A stretch of 64,000 nucleotides of DNA from contig OY769902.1 of the NCBI GenBank assembly GCA_963669175.1, positions 3,616,001 to 3,680,000 on the forward strand, read 5' to 3'. The DNA is from a bacterium. GTDB lineage: Bacteria > Electryoneota > Electryoneia > Electryoneales > Electryoneaceae. Numbering within the stretch: the first letter of the stretch is position 1; each line of letters begins with the position of its first letter. Shown piece by piece: positions 29,820-39,007 of this stretch. The notes under the pieces were generated by a model that was given only the letters and a program-made list of their open reading frames with translations, made no database searches and was not told the origin of the DNA. The translations under genes and the position numbers were made by a program.

Positions 29820-31224
29820 GTTTATCGGAATTTCGCTGGGGAACCTGTGGCGAATGAAACTGCGAACCGCGCTTACAGTCAGCGGCATCATGATCGGGAT
29901 CGGGGCGCTGGTGTCAATGCTTTCCTTCGGTTTTGGTATACAAAGGAATGTCTCCGATCAGTTTCATAAAATGGGGTTGCTGACAACGCTACAGGTACGA
30001 GCTGTCACCGGTGAAAGATCGGAGGCTACCTCCACTCCTCCGGGGCATCCACCAGTGAACCAAGAGGAAGAATCGGATCAATCCCCCCAACGAATCCTTA
30101 ATGCCGCAGCGCTGGATACTTTCAAGGCTATTCCGGGTGTCTCCCTGGCGTACCCGTTGGAAACATTTGACGCTTACCTGCTGTTTGGGAATGATTCAAC
30201 GAAAGTATCCGCCCAAGCGCTCCCTGCTGTGTTTGCCGACCATCAGAGCTTCGGTGACCTGTTGAACGGCCGTTTTTTCACCTCTGACACAGCTCACGCC
30301 ATCGTTCTATCTGAAGAGGTCACGGAGAAGCTGGGCTTAACACCGGATAGCGCACTCGGGCAGGTGATTACACTTCGCACAACCGGACGCAGCTCACTGA
30401 TCAACGCTTTTCTTGATAATCAGCTCGCCCAGTTTGATATTCCTCCACCGGCACGTTTGATAATCCGTACTGCGGCAGAGTCGTTTCTGAATCGCGGCGA
30501 GAAACAAACCGAGATTGAGGTTACCGTTTGTGGGGTCGCTGAACTGAGAAGTGGCTTCGGATATGTGATCAAGGATGTACTGGTGCCCACGGAAACTGTT
30601 GCCGGATTGGACCGTGTCTCCTTCTCCAATCCGCTGGAATTAATGAATATCCTCTCTTCCGATCCGGATCAGGGCTGGAAACAGGCGCTGGTTGTGGTTG
30701 AACATGACAGTAGCTTGAACCGTGTCAGTGAGACAATCGAGGATATGGGCTTTGAGGTGTTCAGCTTTGCCGGTCGATTTGATGAGATCAAACGTAATTT
30801 CGCCATTTTTGACCTGATGATGAGCGCGGTCGGTTTCATCGCTGTGATTGTATCCCTGATGGGAATTGTCAACACCATGGTCATGTCCGTCACCGAGCGA
30901 AAACGTGAAATCGGTATCTTGAAATCGCTGGGCGGTGAAGAAAGCCAGATACGCTTGCTGTTCCTGGTTGAGTCCGGCGTCATCGGTTTAATCGGTTCCG
31001 TGTTCGGCCTGATCCTGGGCTGGGCGGTCAGTGAAGTGGGTTCTCTGATCTTCAAGGAGATCATGCGACGTGAAGGCGGACCGGTGCTGGATATGTTCCT
31101 GATCCCCTGGTGGATGATCCCTGTCGCGCTGGGGTTCGGGATTACCGTGAGTATTCTTGCCGGTCTCTACCCTGCTGCCCGAGCCGCCCATGTCGACCCG
31201 GTGAAAGCGCTCAGGAATGAGTAG
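29806..31224 (+). CDS. ABC transporter permease (MacB/FtsX family)
   Basis: RTALTVSGIMIGI, SVTERKREIGILKSLG and YPAARAAHVDPVKALR. Confidence 0.9.
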   Translation: MILREFIGISLGNLWRMKLRTALTVSGIMIGIGALVSMLSFGFGIQRNVSDQFHKMGLLTTLQVRAVTGERSEATSTPPGHPPVNQEEESDQSPQRILNAAALDTFKAIPGVSLAYPLETFDAYLLFGNDSTKVSAQALPAVFADHQSFGDLLNGRFFTSDTAHAIVLSEEVTEKLGLTPDSALGQVITLRTTGRSSLINAFLDNQLAQFDIPPPARLIIRTAAESFLNRGEKQTEIEVTVCGVAELRSGFGYVIKDVLVPTETVAGLDRVSFSNPLELMNILSSDPDQGWKQALVVVEHDSSLNRVSETIEDMGFEVFSFAGRFDEIKRNFAIFDLMMSAVGFIAVIVSLMGIVNTMVMSVTERKREIGILKSLGGEESQIRLLFLVESGVIGLIGSVFGLILGWAVSEVGSLIFKEIMRREGGPVLDMFLIPWWMIPVALGFGITVSILAGLYPAARAAHVDPVKALRNE

Positions 31225-31397
31225 CCTCACAAGAATTTACAAGATGAACAGGATGGGTAAGGATTATCAGGATAGAAAACACATGATAAGTGAAGGTATT
31301 TAAACCACATAGGCATACTTTTAAGTCATGGATTATATTACTCTTCCTATACTCCCGGCCAGGCATGGCCGGTCTACCTTAACTTTTTTCACCTTTT

Positions 31398-33080
31398 TCA
31401 CTTACAACTTTTTTCACTTCCTTTCACTTCTCCTCCAACAACAACACAGGTCACATCCGCAAACAGTATTTCAAGAGAGTTGAGTTGTCGTAAATCAATC
31501 GCCAACACCGTAACATCCGCCAAATTCCCGACTTCCAGCGTGCCCAGGTCATTCTCCTGGAAGGCGGCCCAAGCGGCGTCAACAGTATACCCTCGCAGCG
31601 CTTCTTCGATTGTCATACGGTGTTCCGGGTACCAGCCGTTTTTCGGGAATCCAGCATGGTCCATGCGAGTAACGGCAGCGTAGATCCCTGTTCGCGGGTC
31701 ATGGCTTTCGATAGGATAATCGCTGCCCAGGGGAATACGGCATTCTTGTTCCAGCAGGCTGCGCCAGGCGTAGGCGCCTTTTATCCGTTCTGCGCCAATC
31801 CTGTCCTCTGCCCAGGGCATGTCTGAGGTTGCATGAGTAGGTTGCATGGAAGGAATAATGCCCAGCTCGGCAAATCGTGCGATATCATCCGGGTGGATGA
31901 TCTGCGCATGCTCAATACGCAGGCGATGGTCTTCAACAGGGACATCTTTCAACGCCGCTTCGTAGGCGTCCAGCACCAACCGATTGCCACGATCTCCGAT
32001 GGCATGGGTACAGACCTGAAATCCTGCACGAAGCGCACGGCGTGTCATTTCCGTGAGCTGTTCTTCATTCGTGGTAAGCAAGCCGGTATTGCCCGGATCA
32101 TCGCTATAGGGTTCCAAGAGCGCAGCGCCACGTGATCCCAAGGCACCATCAGCGAACATCTTCACCATACCAACCTGTACCAGCGATTCCGGATCACGTT
32201 GCGGCCCAAGCTCAAGCTGCCTGTTCAGGAATGCGGTATCTTCCTCCTCTGATGCGAGCATGCAGCATACACGGAAATTAAGCTCGCCTTCCGATTCCAG
32301 TTCACGCAATGCCTGTAACGATTTTTCATCGGTCCAGGCATCATGAGTTCCGGTCAAGCCGACCTTGTGGCATTCACGCACGGCGTCACGTATCCACTGC
32401 TTGATCTCTTCAATCGTCGGGTCAGGAATGTGTTTCCTGATAAGGTTAGCCGCATTGTCCACCAATACGCCGGTCGGGTTTCCGTCATCATCTCGAAGAA
32501 TGCGGCCGCCATCAGGATCGGGAGTATCTTTCGTGATTCCGGCAATCTCCAGCGCACGTCTGTTCACCCAGGCAGCATGGCCGTCAATCCTGCGCACATA
32601 AACCGGTTGCGGGATGTCCGGCATATCAGAAAGCGTGGGAAATTGTTTTACTTCCCAGTCGTTCTGATCCCAGCCACGCCCGGTGATCCATTCATCCGGT
32701 TCCTGATTTCGAGCGTACTCAACGATTTTCGTCTGGATTTCGTTGATAGAAGCTGTTCCGGTGAGATTCAGCTCATTGAGCAAACGTCCAAGGTTGTACA
32801 GGTGCGCATGGGCATCCACGAAACCGGGATAGGCAAACGCTCCCGCAAGATCAAAAACCTCTGTCCCTTTGCCCTGAAAAGTCTTTACTTCGTCCGCATT
32901 CCCTACGAAGACAATCCTGTTGCCACGGATGGCTAGCGCTTCCGCCTCCGGTTGTTCAGGATTCATGGTGATAATGGTTCCACCGGTAAGGATAATGTCC
33001 GCTTCATGATTCTGCATGCACCCGCTCGCTATAACAAGAATGAATAGAAAAGTCACGTTAATCAACTGGACACTTTTCAT
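31398..33080 (-). CDS. Amidohydrolase (YtcJ / Amidohydro_3), probable lipoprotein
   Basis: PGFVDAHAH, KMFADGALGSR, HAIGD, RIEHAQ and GSDYP; lipobox ASGC. Confidence 0.9.
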   Translation of the reverse strand: MKSVQLINVTFLFILVIASGCMQNHEADIILTGGTIITMNPEQPEAEALAIRGNRIVFVGNADEVKTFQGKGTEVFDLAGAFAYPGFVDAHAHLYNLGRLLNELNLTGTASINEIQTKIVEYARNQEPDEWITGRGWDQNDWEVKQFPTLSDMPDIPQPVYVRRIDGHAAWVNRRALEIAGITKDTPDPDGGRILRDDDGNPTGVLVDNAANLIRKHIPDPTIEEIKQWIRDAVRECHKVGLTGTHDAWTDEKSLQALRELESEGELNFRVCCMLASEEEDTAFLNRQLELGPQRDPESLVQVGMVKMFADGALGSRGAALLEPYSDDPGNTGLLTTNEEQLTEMTRRALRAGFQVCTHAIGDRGNRLVLDAYEAALKDVPVEDHRLRIEHAQIIHPDDIARFAELGIIPSMQPTHATSDMPWAEDRIGAERIKGAYAWRSLLEQECRIPLGSDYPIESHDPRTGIYAAVTRMDHAGFPKNGWYPEHRMTIEEALRGYTVDAAWAAFQENDLGTLEVGNLADVTVLAIDLRQLNSLEILFADVTCVVVGGEVKGSEKSCK

Positions 33081-33309
33081 CCCAACCCCCATCGGAATGT
33101 TGCCAGTGAGTATACAGGATATGGTCAGCAATAGCTACATGTTAACTTCATAAAGACAAAAAAATAATCACTTTGAGGCGTAAAAGTAGTCAGAGATAAC
33201 CAATTATCCTGTATCCTGAAAAAATAACACACCCGTCTTCAGGATCGGGTGCGTTATTGCACATCAACTATCGCAAAAACTGCAAGAGTACACTTCCGTT
33301 CAGCGAAAC

Positions 33310-33804
33310 CTATTCGCCTGAGTCAATCTCCAGTAAGGGTACCTTGGCGTCCACTTGCTGCCCTTCTTCACAGTTCAAAGCGCTGACTGTTCCTGCTAAC
33401 GGCGCAGAAAGGGTATGTTCCATCTTCATGGCTTCGACAATGATCACCTGCTGGCCTTCTTCGACTGTATCGCCCTGCTTGACCAGCACCTTGATCACTT
33501 TGCCCGGCATCGGCGCGGCAACGGAATTTTCCGCCATGGCAGCGCCGCCCATTTCATCCTGTGCCCGTGCATCTTCGAAGATGTACACCCGGCCATTGAC
33601 CGCAGCCCACACTCGTCCATCCTGCTCCGCTGCCACCACACGGTAGGCAACATCACCAACACGCCAGATACCTCTGCCTGTACCAGTCTTCAGCAGTTGT
33701 CCTTCAAGCAATTCCTCGCCCACCTGGGCCCTTAGTAAACCGTCACGAATCTCTGCTTTCACTTTTACGGTGTCGTTTTCCAACGCGAATTCACGAGTTC
33801 TCAT
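33310..33804 (-). CDS. Biotin carboxyl carrier protein
   Basis: APMPGKV and EAMKME biotinylation motif. Confidence 0.9.
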   Translation of the reverse strand: MRTREFALENDTVKVKAEIRDGLLRAQVGEELLEGQLLKTGTGRGIWRVGDVAYRVVAAEQDGRVWAAVNGRVYIFEDARAQDEMGGAAMAENSVAAPMPGKVIKVLVKQGDTVEEGQQVIIVEAMKMEHTLSAPLAGTVSALNCEEGQQVDAKVPLLEIDSGE

Positions 33805-35303
33805 GCACCTGCTCCAATGCGCCATGCGCTAAAAACTTTCCACGGTGATGGGATACCGGTCGCCTGATCGCCATCACCTTCCATTGTAACAAACCCTTTT
33901 TCCGGCATTGCCGCTGCCGCTGCCAGGGCTATCTTTCGTTCCTCGTCACACTGACCATGCCAGCCGTCAAAGTGACGCGGAATAAAGTCCGTACGTGTAT
34001 CACCCTTTATAAATGGTTCTGACGCCAGAACATCCCGAAGGAATGAAGCTGTCGTCGGAACTCCGAGAGCAACATAGTCTTCCAACGCCAGGATCAAGCG
34101 TTTCCGTGCAGTTTCACGATCCGGACCATACGCAATCACTTTCGCCATGATCGGGTCGTAATCCATCGGAACCGCCACCCCCTGCACTACGCCGCCATCC
34201 ACACGAACTCCCGGCCCGGTCGGTTCTTGCAGATACAGCAACGGTCCCGCCGCAGGCAGGAATCCTCCCGCCGGATCTTCCGCATAGATACGCGCTTCAA
34301 TCGCATGCCCGTTCTGGCGAAGATCATCCTGCGTCCAGCTTAGTTTTTCACCGGCCGCAACACGGAACTGCTCGGCTACCAGATCCACCCCGGCGACTTC
34401 TTCAGTAACCGGATGTTCTACCTGAATCCGAGTGTTCACTTCGAGGAAATAGAAATTGCCATGCTTGTCAAGCAGGAATTCCACCGTCCCGGCATTGACA
34501 TATCCCGCCGCCTTGGCCGTAGCTACCGCGGCATCGCCCATCTTCTGCCTGAGTTCAGCCGTGACCGCAGTCGAAGGGGTCTCTTCAACGACTTTCTGAT
34601 GACGACGCTGGATGGAGCACTCACGTTCGAATACGTGAATGTAGTTGCCGTGTGTATCGGCAAAGATCTGGAATTCCACATGACGCGGTTCTTCCAGCCA
34701 TTTTTCCAGGAATACACGTGAATCGCCAAATGCGCCCTTCGCTTCACGCATCGCGCCTTCAATAGCATCAGAAAGCTGTTTTTCTTCGTGAACGACACGC
34801 ATGCCCTTGCCACCACCGCCCGCAGCGGCTTTCACCAGCAAGGGATAGCCGATTTTTCCGGCTTCCTTCTTGTAAACTTCGATATCCTCAGTCTCACCGG
34901 TAAAACCGGGTGTTACCGGGACACCGGCCTTTTCCATTGCGATTCGGCTGCGCACCTTGTCGCCAAGAAGGTCAATCACATCCGGCGGCGGTCCAATCCA
35001 CACCAATCCAGCGTCAATCACGGCTTTTGCAAAAGCAGCACGTTCCGCCAGGAATCCATACCCGGGATGAATCGCTTCACAACCGGTGCGTTTTGCAGCG
35101 TCAATCAGCTTTTCGATTGCCAGATAACTTTCACCCGGCGGGGGAGCTCCCAAGTGTACCGCCTCATCAGCAAGACGCACGTGCAGCGCCTTCTCGTCCA
35201 CATCACTGTAGACAGCGACCGGGGATATTCCGAGTGTGCGACACGCTCGTATAATGCGTACCGCTATCTCTCCCCTGTTTGCGATCAGTACTTTCTTGAA
35301 CAC
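33801..35303 (-). CDS. Biotin carboxylase subunit of an acyl-CoA carboxylase
   Basis: LIANRGEIA, HPGYGFL, GGGGKGMR, RECSIQRRHQK and EVNTRIQVEHPVTE. Confidence 0.93.
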   Translation of the reverse strand: MFKKVLIANRGEIAVRIIRACRTLGISPVAVYSDVDEKALHVRLADEAVHLGAPPPGESYLAIEKLIDAAKRTGCEAIHPGYGFLAERAAFAKAVIDAGLVWIGPPPDVIDLLGDKVRSRIAMEKAGVPVTPGFTGETEDIEVYKKEAGKIGYPLLVKAAAGGGGKGMRVVHEEKQLSDAIEGAMREAKGAFGDSRVFLEKWLEEPRHVEFQIFADTHGNYIHVFERECSIQRRHQKVVEETPSTAVTAELRQKMGDAAVATAKAAGYVNAGTVEFLLDKHGNFYFLEVNTRIQVEHPVTEEVAGVDLVAEQFRVAAGEKLSWTQDDLRQNGHAIEARIYAEDPAGGFLPAAGPLLYLQEPTGPGVRVDGGVVQGVAVPMDYDPIMAKVIAYGPDRETARKRLILALEDYVALGVPTTASFLRDVLASEPFIKGDTRTDFIPRHFDGWHGQCDEERKIALAAAAAMPEKGFVTMEGDGDQATGIPSPWKVFSAWRIGAGA

Positions 35304-35386
35304 ATTGCCTCCATAGGCTATAGGTTCACGTAGTCTTCGCTCGCATACTCTACCATACAGACTGACTCACATGACACACACGACTC

Positions 35387-35560
35387 ACAGGATATTAGGA
35401 TATAAAGATATTCAGGATAAAAGACTATTAACGCTAAAAACACTTTCCATTTTCCTTGCTTATTTCAATTATTTTGCCTGCATCTATTCTCGTTGTTTTC
35501 ATTCTTAATTTTTAATTTTTAATTCTTTATCCTTTACATCCTATTATCCTACTATCCTGT
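35387..35560. repeat. Imperfect inverted repeat built from periodic AGGAT units
   Basis: ACAGGATATTAGGATATAAAGATATTCAGGATAAAAG ... CTTTATCCTTTACATCCTATTATCCTACTATCCTGT. Confidence 0.55.
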
Positions 35561-35576
35561 TAAGAAGATTCTCTTG

Positions 35577-38183
35577 TTACCCAAAGAACAGGCCGTACAC
35601 AATGATCAGCGCGATCACAACCATCATCAATCCTTCACCGGCGATCAGGCCGCTGGCCAGTGAGAAACCGTACTTTTCAGCCTTTTCCGCATAGCGTTTT
35701 TCGTACCAGCCATAGCCCACAGCACCCAACCACATGGCAATAGAGTATACCGGATGGACCATGAATGCAATACTGAATGCAACCGGGCTGGGCAGCCATT
35801 TACCAACTTTCGGCGCCAGCTTGCCGATTACCGGAACAACAATACCGAAAATCGCGCCAGCCAAAGCGCCCCACAAAGCGCCCGGCGGTAACGCGCTGAA
35901 GCCCTTGCTGAGGATTTCCGCCATCTTATACCAGGCGAACACGGCCGGACCGGGGAACACATCACCGGGAATATCATAGGCCAGCATCAGCACCTTGAAA
36001 GTGGCCGAAGCTGCAAACACACCGACAATCACACCGATTAACTGGGTGATGACCTGCTTGCGTACGGATACCTTCAGCATATGCCCGGCTTTCAGGTCGT
36101 GCATCAGGTCGCCTGCCTGGCTGGCTCCCGCAGCAGTAATACCGGCAGCCATCAGGTTAGTCTGCATATAACCGGGATGCAACGCGCCGAACACGACCTG
36201 CGTGATCTTGCCCATAGCGCCGACCGGGTTAATGTCTGTTTCCCCCGTAGCACGCACTGCAATCGCCGCAACCAGTAACGACAGAATTACCGCCAGCACA
36301 CCCATCCAGACCGGAATCCCAAAATAGGTATAGGCCAGAAATGCGGTCAGGAAGGTTGCCAGCGCCATCCCGATCGCCCAGTACTTCATCGGGTAGGGAT
36401 CTGGCGCGTCTTCCTCTTCGTCCGCATCTTTCGCAGCAGCAACACCCTTGATCGAAGTGAAGGTTCGTGCAATGGATTTCCACTGGAACGCCAGGCTGAC
36501 AAAACTGGAGGTGATCATCAGCGAAACACCGGTCCAAAGCACCCAGTTGAAACCGGCTCGATAGGGACTGGTTGTATCCGGAAGATTATAAGCAAGTACC
36601 GTTTTGTTTTCTTGCGAACGAATCCGCAGCTCATCTAGCGTCATGAGTGGTTGAGGTGGATCCAGCGCCAGTTTTTTTCGTGTTTCTGCCAGTAAAGTTA
36701 ACGCATATGGCCCGACACTCTGTACGGACAAACTGTCCACACTACGTGTCCCCAACATAATGGCAGCCATCTGGTAAGGACGCACAACTTCATCTAAATC
36801 AACATCTTTACCATTAACAACACGTGTTGAAGCACGTGCCAGGTCTGCCTGCATCATCCATTTCAGATGTTCAATCGGTTCAACCATGGCTGTGCTGTCC
36901 AGCATGGCATGAAGCTGCTGAACTTCGGTGTTGCTGGACGTAATCAGGGTCAGGAGATGAGTCGCTACGTCCTTATCAAGTTGTGTATCAAGGATAATCG
37001 GATTGTTAAATCGAGGAGCTTCCCACTCGATTTCGCCATCCAGCATTCCCTGGCGTACAAGGGTTGCCAGCGCGAAGTTCACAACACGCTGATCATCCTG
37101 ATCGAGTCCTGCCAGTTTTTCTTCCAGCAGAGCCTCGTCCAGAATCCCAAGTTGCGCCGCGCCCAGGATATCTCGTGCAACTTCAATATTTTCGTCGGTA
37201 GTGCGATGCAGCAGCTCAATCACATCCGCTTCAATGTACGCTGAGACGATAGAAGCAGTTGTCGACGCTTCACCGGGGGAATCCTTGGTACGCATCTGTT
37301 CATTTTCGGCAAGGATCCCGGTTCGTCGCATCACCTCCTCAACGGCACGGTTCAGCTCCGCCTGATCACCATGTATGTTTCGTCGTACCGCAGCGATATC
37401 GGGAGCAACTTCTACTCGACCGCTGTCGAGGAGAATCGGGGTAATGATGCCCCATGCCAGCACCGCGCCGCCCAACAGGCTCCACCCCACCTTTTTCCCG
37501 ATCAGGATACCGGCACCGATCATCATCGGGGACATGTTCAGCCCGAAATAAAGCGACTGAAGTGAGAAGCCCATCAGGGTAATGGCCGTAATGCCAAAGG
37601 TTTCGATGTAAAGATTTTCAACCACACCGGCGGGTGTATATTCCATCAGCGCTTTCCAGACTGCCGCGCCAATCGCAGCCCACATCAGCACCTTGGTTTT
37701 TTTCATCGCTTCCACACCGGAAGCATACATGGCCTTGATGGTTTCACCGGCAGCCGTACCTGTCGGGTAACGCAGTTTCTCGACAACCACCATCTGTTTG
37801 CGAAGCGGCACCGCGAAATGAACCCCGAGAAATGCGATGCTGATCGCCCAGATCATGTATTGCCACAGGGTGAGCGGATCCTGCCCATTGGCCAGACGGA
37901 TCATTTCCAGCGCAGGGATCGACGACACAAATCCACCTGCCGACGCCATGGTTCCGGACGAGGAACCGGCTGTCGCCGAGATCAGGTTTTCTTTGCTGGT
38001 ATAAGGGTTTCGGAGTCCGCGCATGGCGGAAAAGATGGCAAAACTGATGACTGCTGCAGTGATGGAGGCGCCAAAGGTCCAGCCGATTTTTAGGCCGATA
38101 CAAACATTGGACATCGCTATCAATGAACCGACAAAAAGCCCCGAAATCACTGCTCGAAAGGTAAGTTCCGAGTGGTTGTTCAT
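35577..38183 (-). CDS. OPT-family oligopeptide transporter with a large soluble insertion
   Basis: ELTFRA, ENLISATAGS, PLRKQMV..LRYPTGTA, GETDINP, DLMHDLKAG and ASGLIAGEG. Confidence 0.88.
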   Translation of the reverse strand: MNNHSELTFRAVISGLFVGSLIAMSNVCIGLKIGWTFGASITAAVISFAIFSAMRGLRNPYTSKENLISATAGSSSGTMASAGGFVSSIPALEMIRLANGQDPLTLWQYMIWAISIAFLGVHFAVPLRKQMVVVEKLRYPTGTAAGETIKAMYASGVEAMKKTKVLMWAAIGAAVWKALMEYTPAGVVENLYIETFGITAITLMGFSLQSLYFGLNMSPMMIGAGILIGKKVGWSLLGGAVLAWGIITPILLDSGRVEVAPDIAAVRRNIHGDQAELNRAVEEVMRRTGILAENEQMRTKDSPGEASTTASIVSAYIEADVIELLHRTTDENIEVARDILGAAQLGILDEALLEEKLAGLDQDDQRVVNFALATLVRQGMLDGEIEWEAPRFNNPIILDTQLDKDVATHLLTLITSSNTEVQQLHAMLDSTAMVEPIEHLKWMMQADLARASTRVVNGKDVDLDEVVRPYQMAAIMLGTRSVDSLSVQSVGPYALTLLAETRKKLALDPPQPLMTLDELRIRSQENKTVLAYNLPDTTSPYRAGFNWVLWTGVSLMITSSFVSLAFQWKSIARTFTSIKGVAAAKDADEEEDAPDPYPMKYWAIGMALATFLTAFLAYTYFGIPVWMGVLAVILSLLVAAIAVRATGETDINPVGAMGKITQVVFGALHPGYMQTNLMAAGITAAGASQAGDLMHDLKAGHMLKVSVRKQVITQLIGVIVGVFAASATFKVLMLAYDIPGDVFPGPAVFAWYKMAEILSKGFSALPPGALWGALAGAIFGIVVPVIGKLAPKVGKWLPSPVAFSIAFMVHPVYSIAMWLGAVGYGWYEKRYAEKAEKYGFSLASGLIAGEGLMMVVIALIIVYGLFFG

Positions 38184-38316
38184 GCATTCTCCCAACTATG
38201 GAAGCTTTTAAGATACACTACAATACCGGGAGGTGCAAAAGCTCGGGAAGCCTGAGAAGCGATTCATTTAAGAAGTGTATTGTTCGCTGAGATGGTTTTC
38301 TGACATGCCTTTCCTG

Positions 38317-38799
38317 CTACCTATCTTCTTGTTGTTTAAGAGGTAGCTTTGTTTCCGGTTTCGTTTCTTCGGATGCAGTACCCGGGATAGGTATACCCAA
38401 CATTTCAGGTGTTAGTGTGGAGAGTTGAGCTCGTTTTACTGTGGCTATGTCGTTAGTACGTTTCACTTCTTTGGCACATTTGGCACAGGTCGCTTCACGC
38501 CCCAACCGGCTTCGACAGGCAATCCCATGACGACACACATATTCAATCCCCTGGGATATCAGCACAAAACCGGGATCAGTTGACGGATCTGGATGATAAC
38601 CGCCATCCTCGTAGACCTTCCCCTTGTGCCCTGAGAACCCGGAAACTTTTTTCCCGAGGGACACAGTTGGCCACTCCGCATAGAGCTCGGCAAGGGCCTG
38701 ATCCGCGGCGCTCACATACCCCGTAGCCTTCACTTCAGAAAACTTACCCAGTCGCTTCCTGATTTGCCTGACCAAGTTCAGCATCGCTTCCTCGTCCAA
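38317..38799 (-). CDS. Hypothetical protein with a Cys/His cluster
   Basis: ORF fills the gap and contains CRHGIAC...CAKC. Confidence 0.5.
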   Translation of the reverse strand: MDEEAMLNLVRQIRKRLGKFSEVKATGYVSAADQALAELYAEWPTVSLGKKVSGFSGHKGKVYEDGGYHPDPSTDPGFVLISQGIEYVCRHGIACRSRLGREATCAKCAKEVKRTNDIATVKRAQLSTLTPEMLGIPIPGTASEETKPETKLPLKQQEDR

Positions 38800-39007
38800 A
38801 TGGCAGCATTAATAAATATAAGGAGATGGACGAGGAAATCAATACTCGATTCGACATATTTTGATATTTATGATTATTATTGTATTTTGGCGTTTTTCGT
38901 GTTTAAAGCCGTCGGGCTCGAGAAAATACATTGTTTACTCACTACTTACTTTTTCTCTGATTACTGCTCCTGATTCTGATGTTTGTCTCTCAAGGAGCAT
39001 GCCTTTT

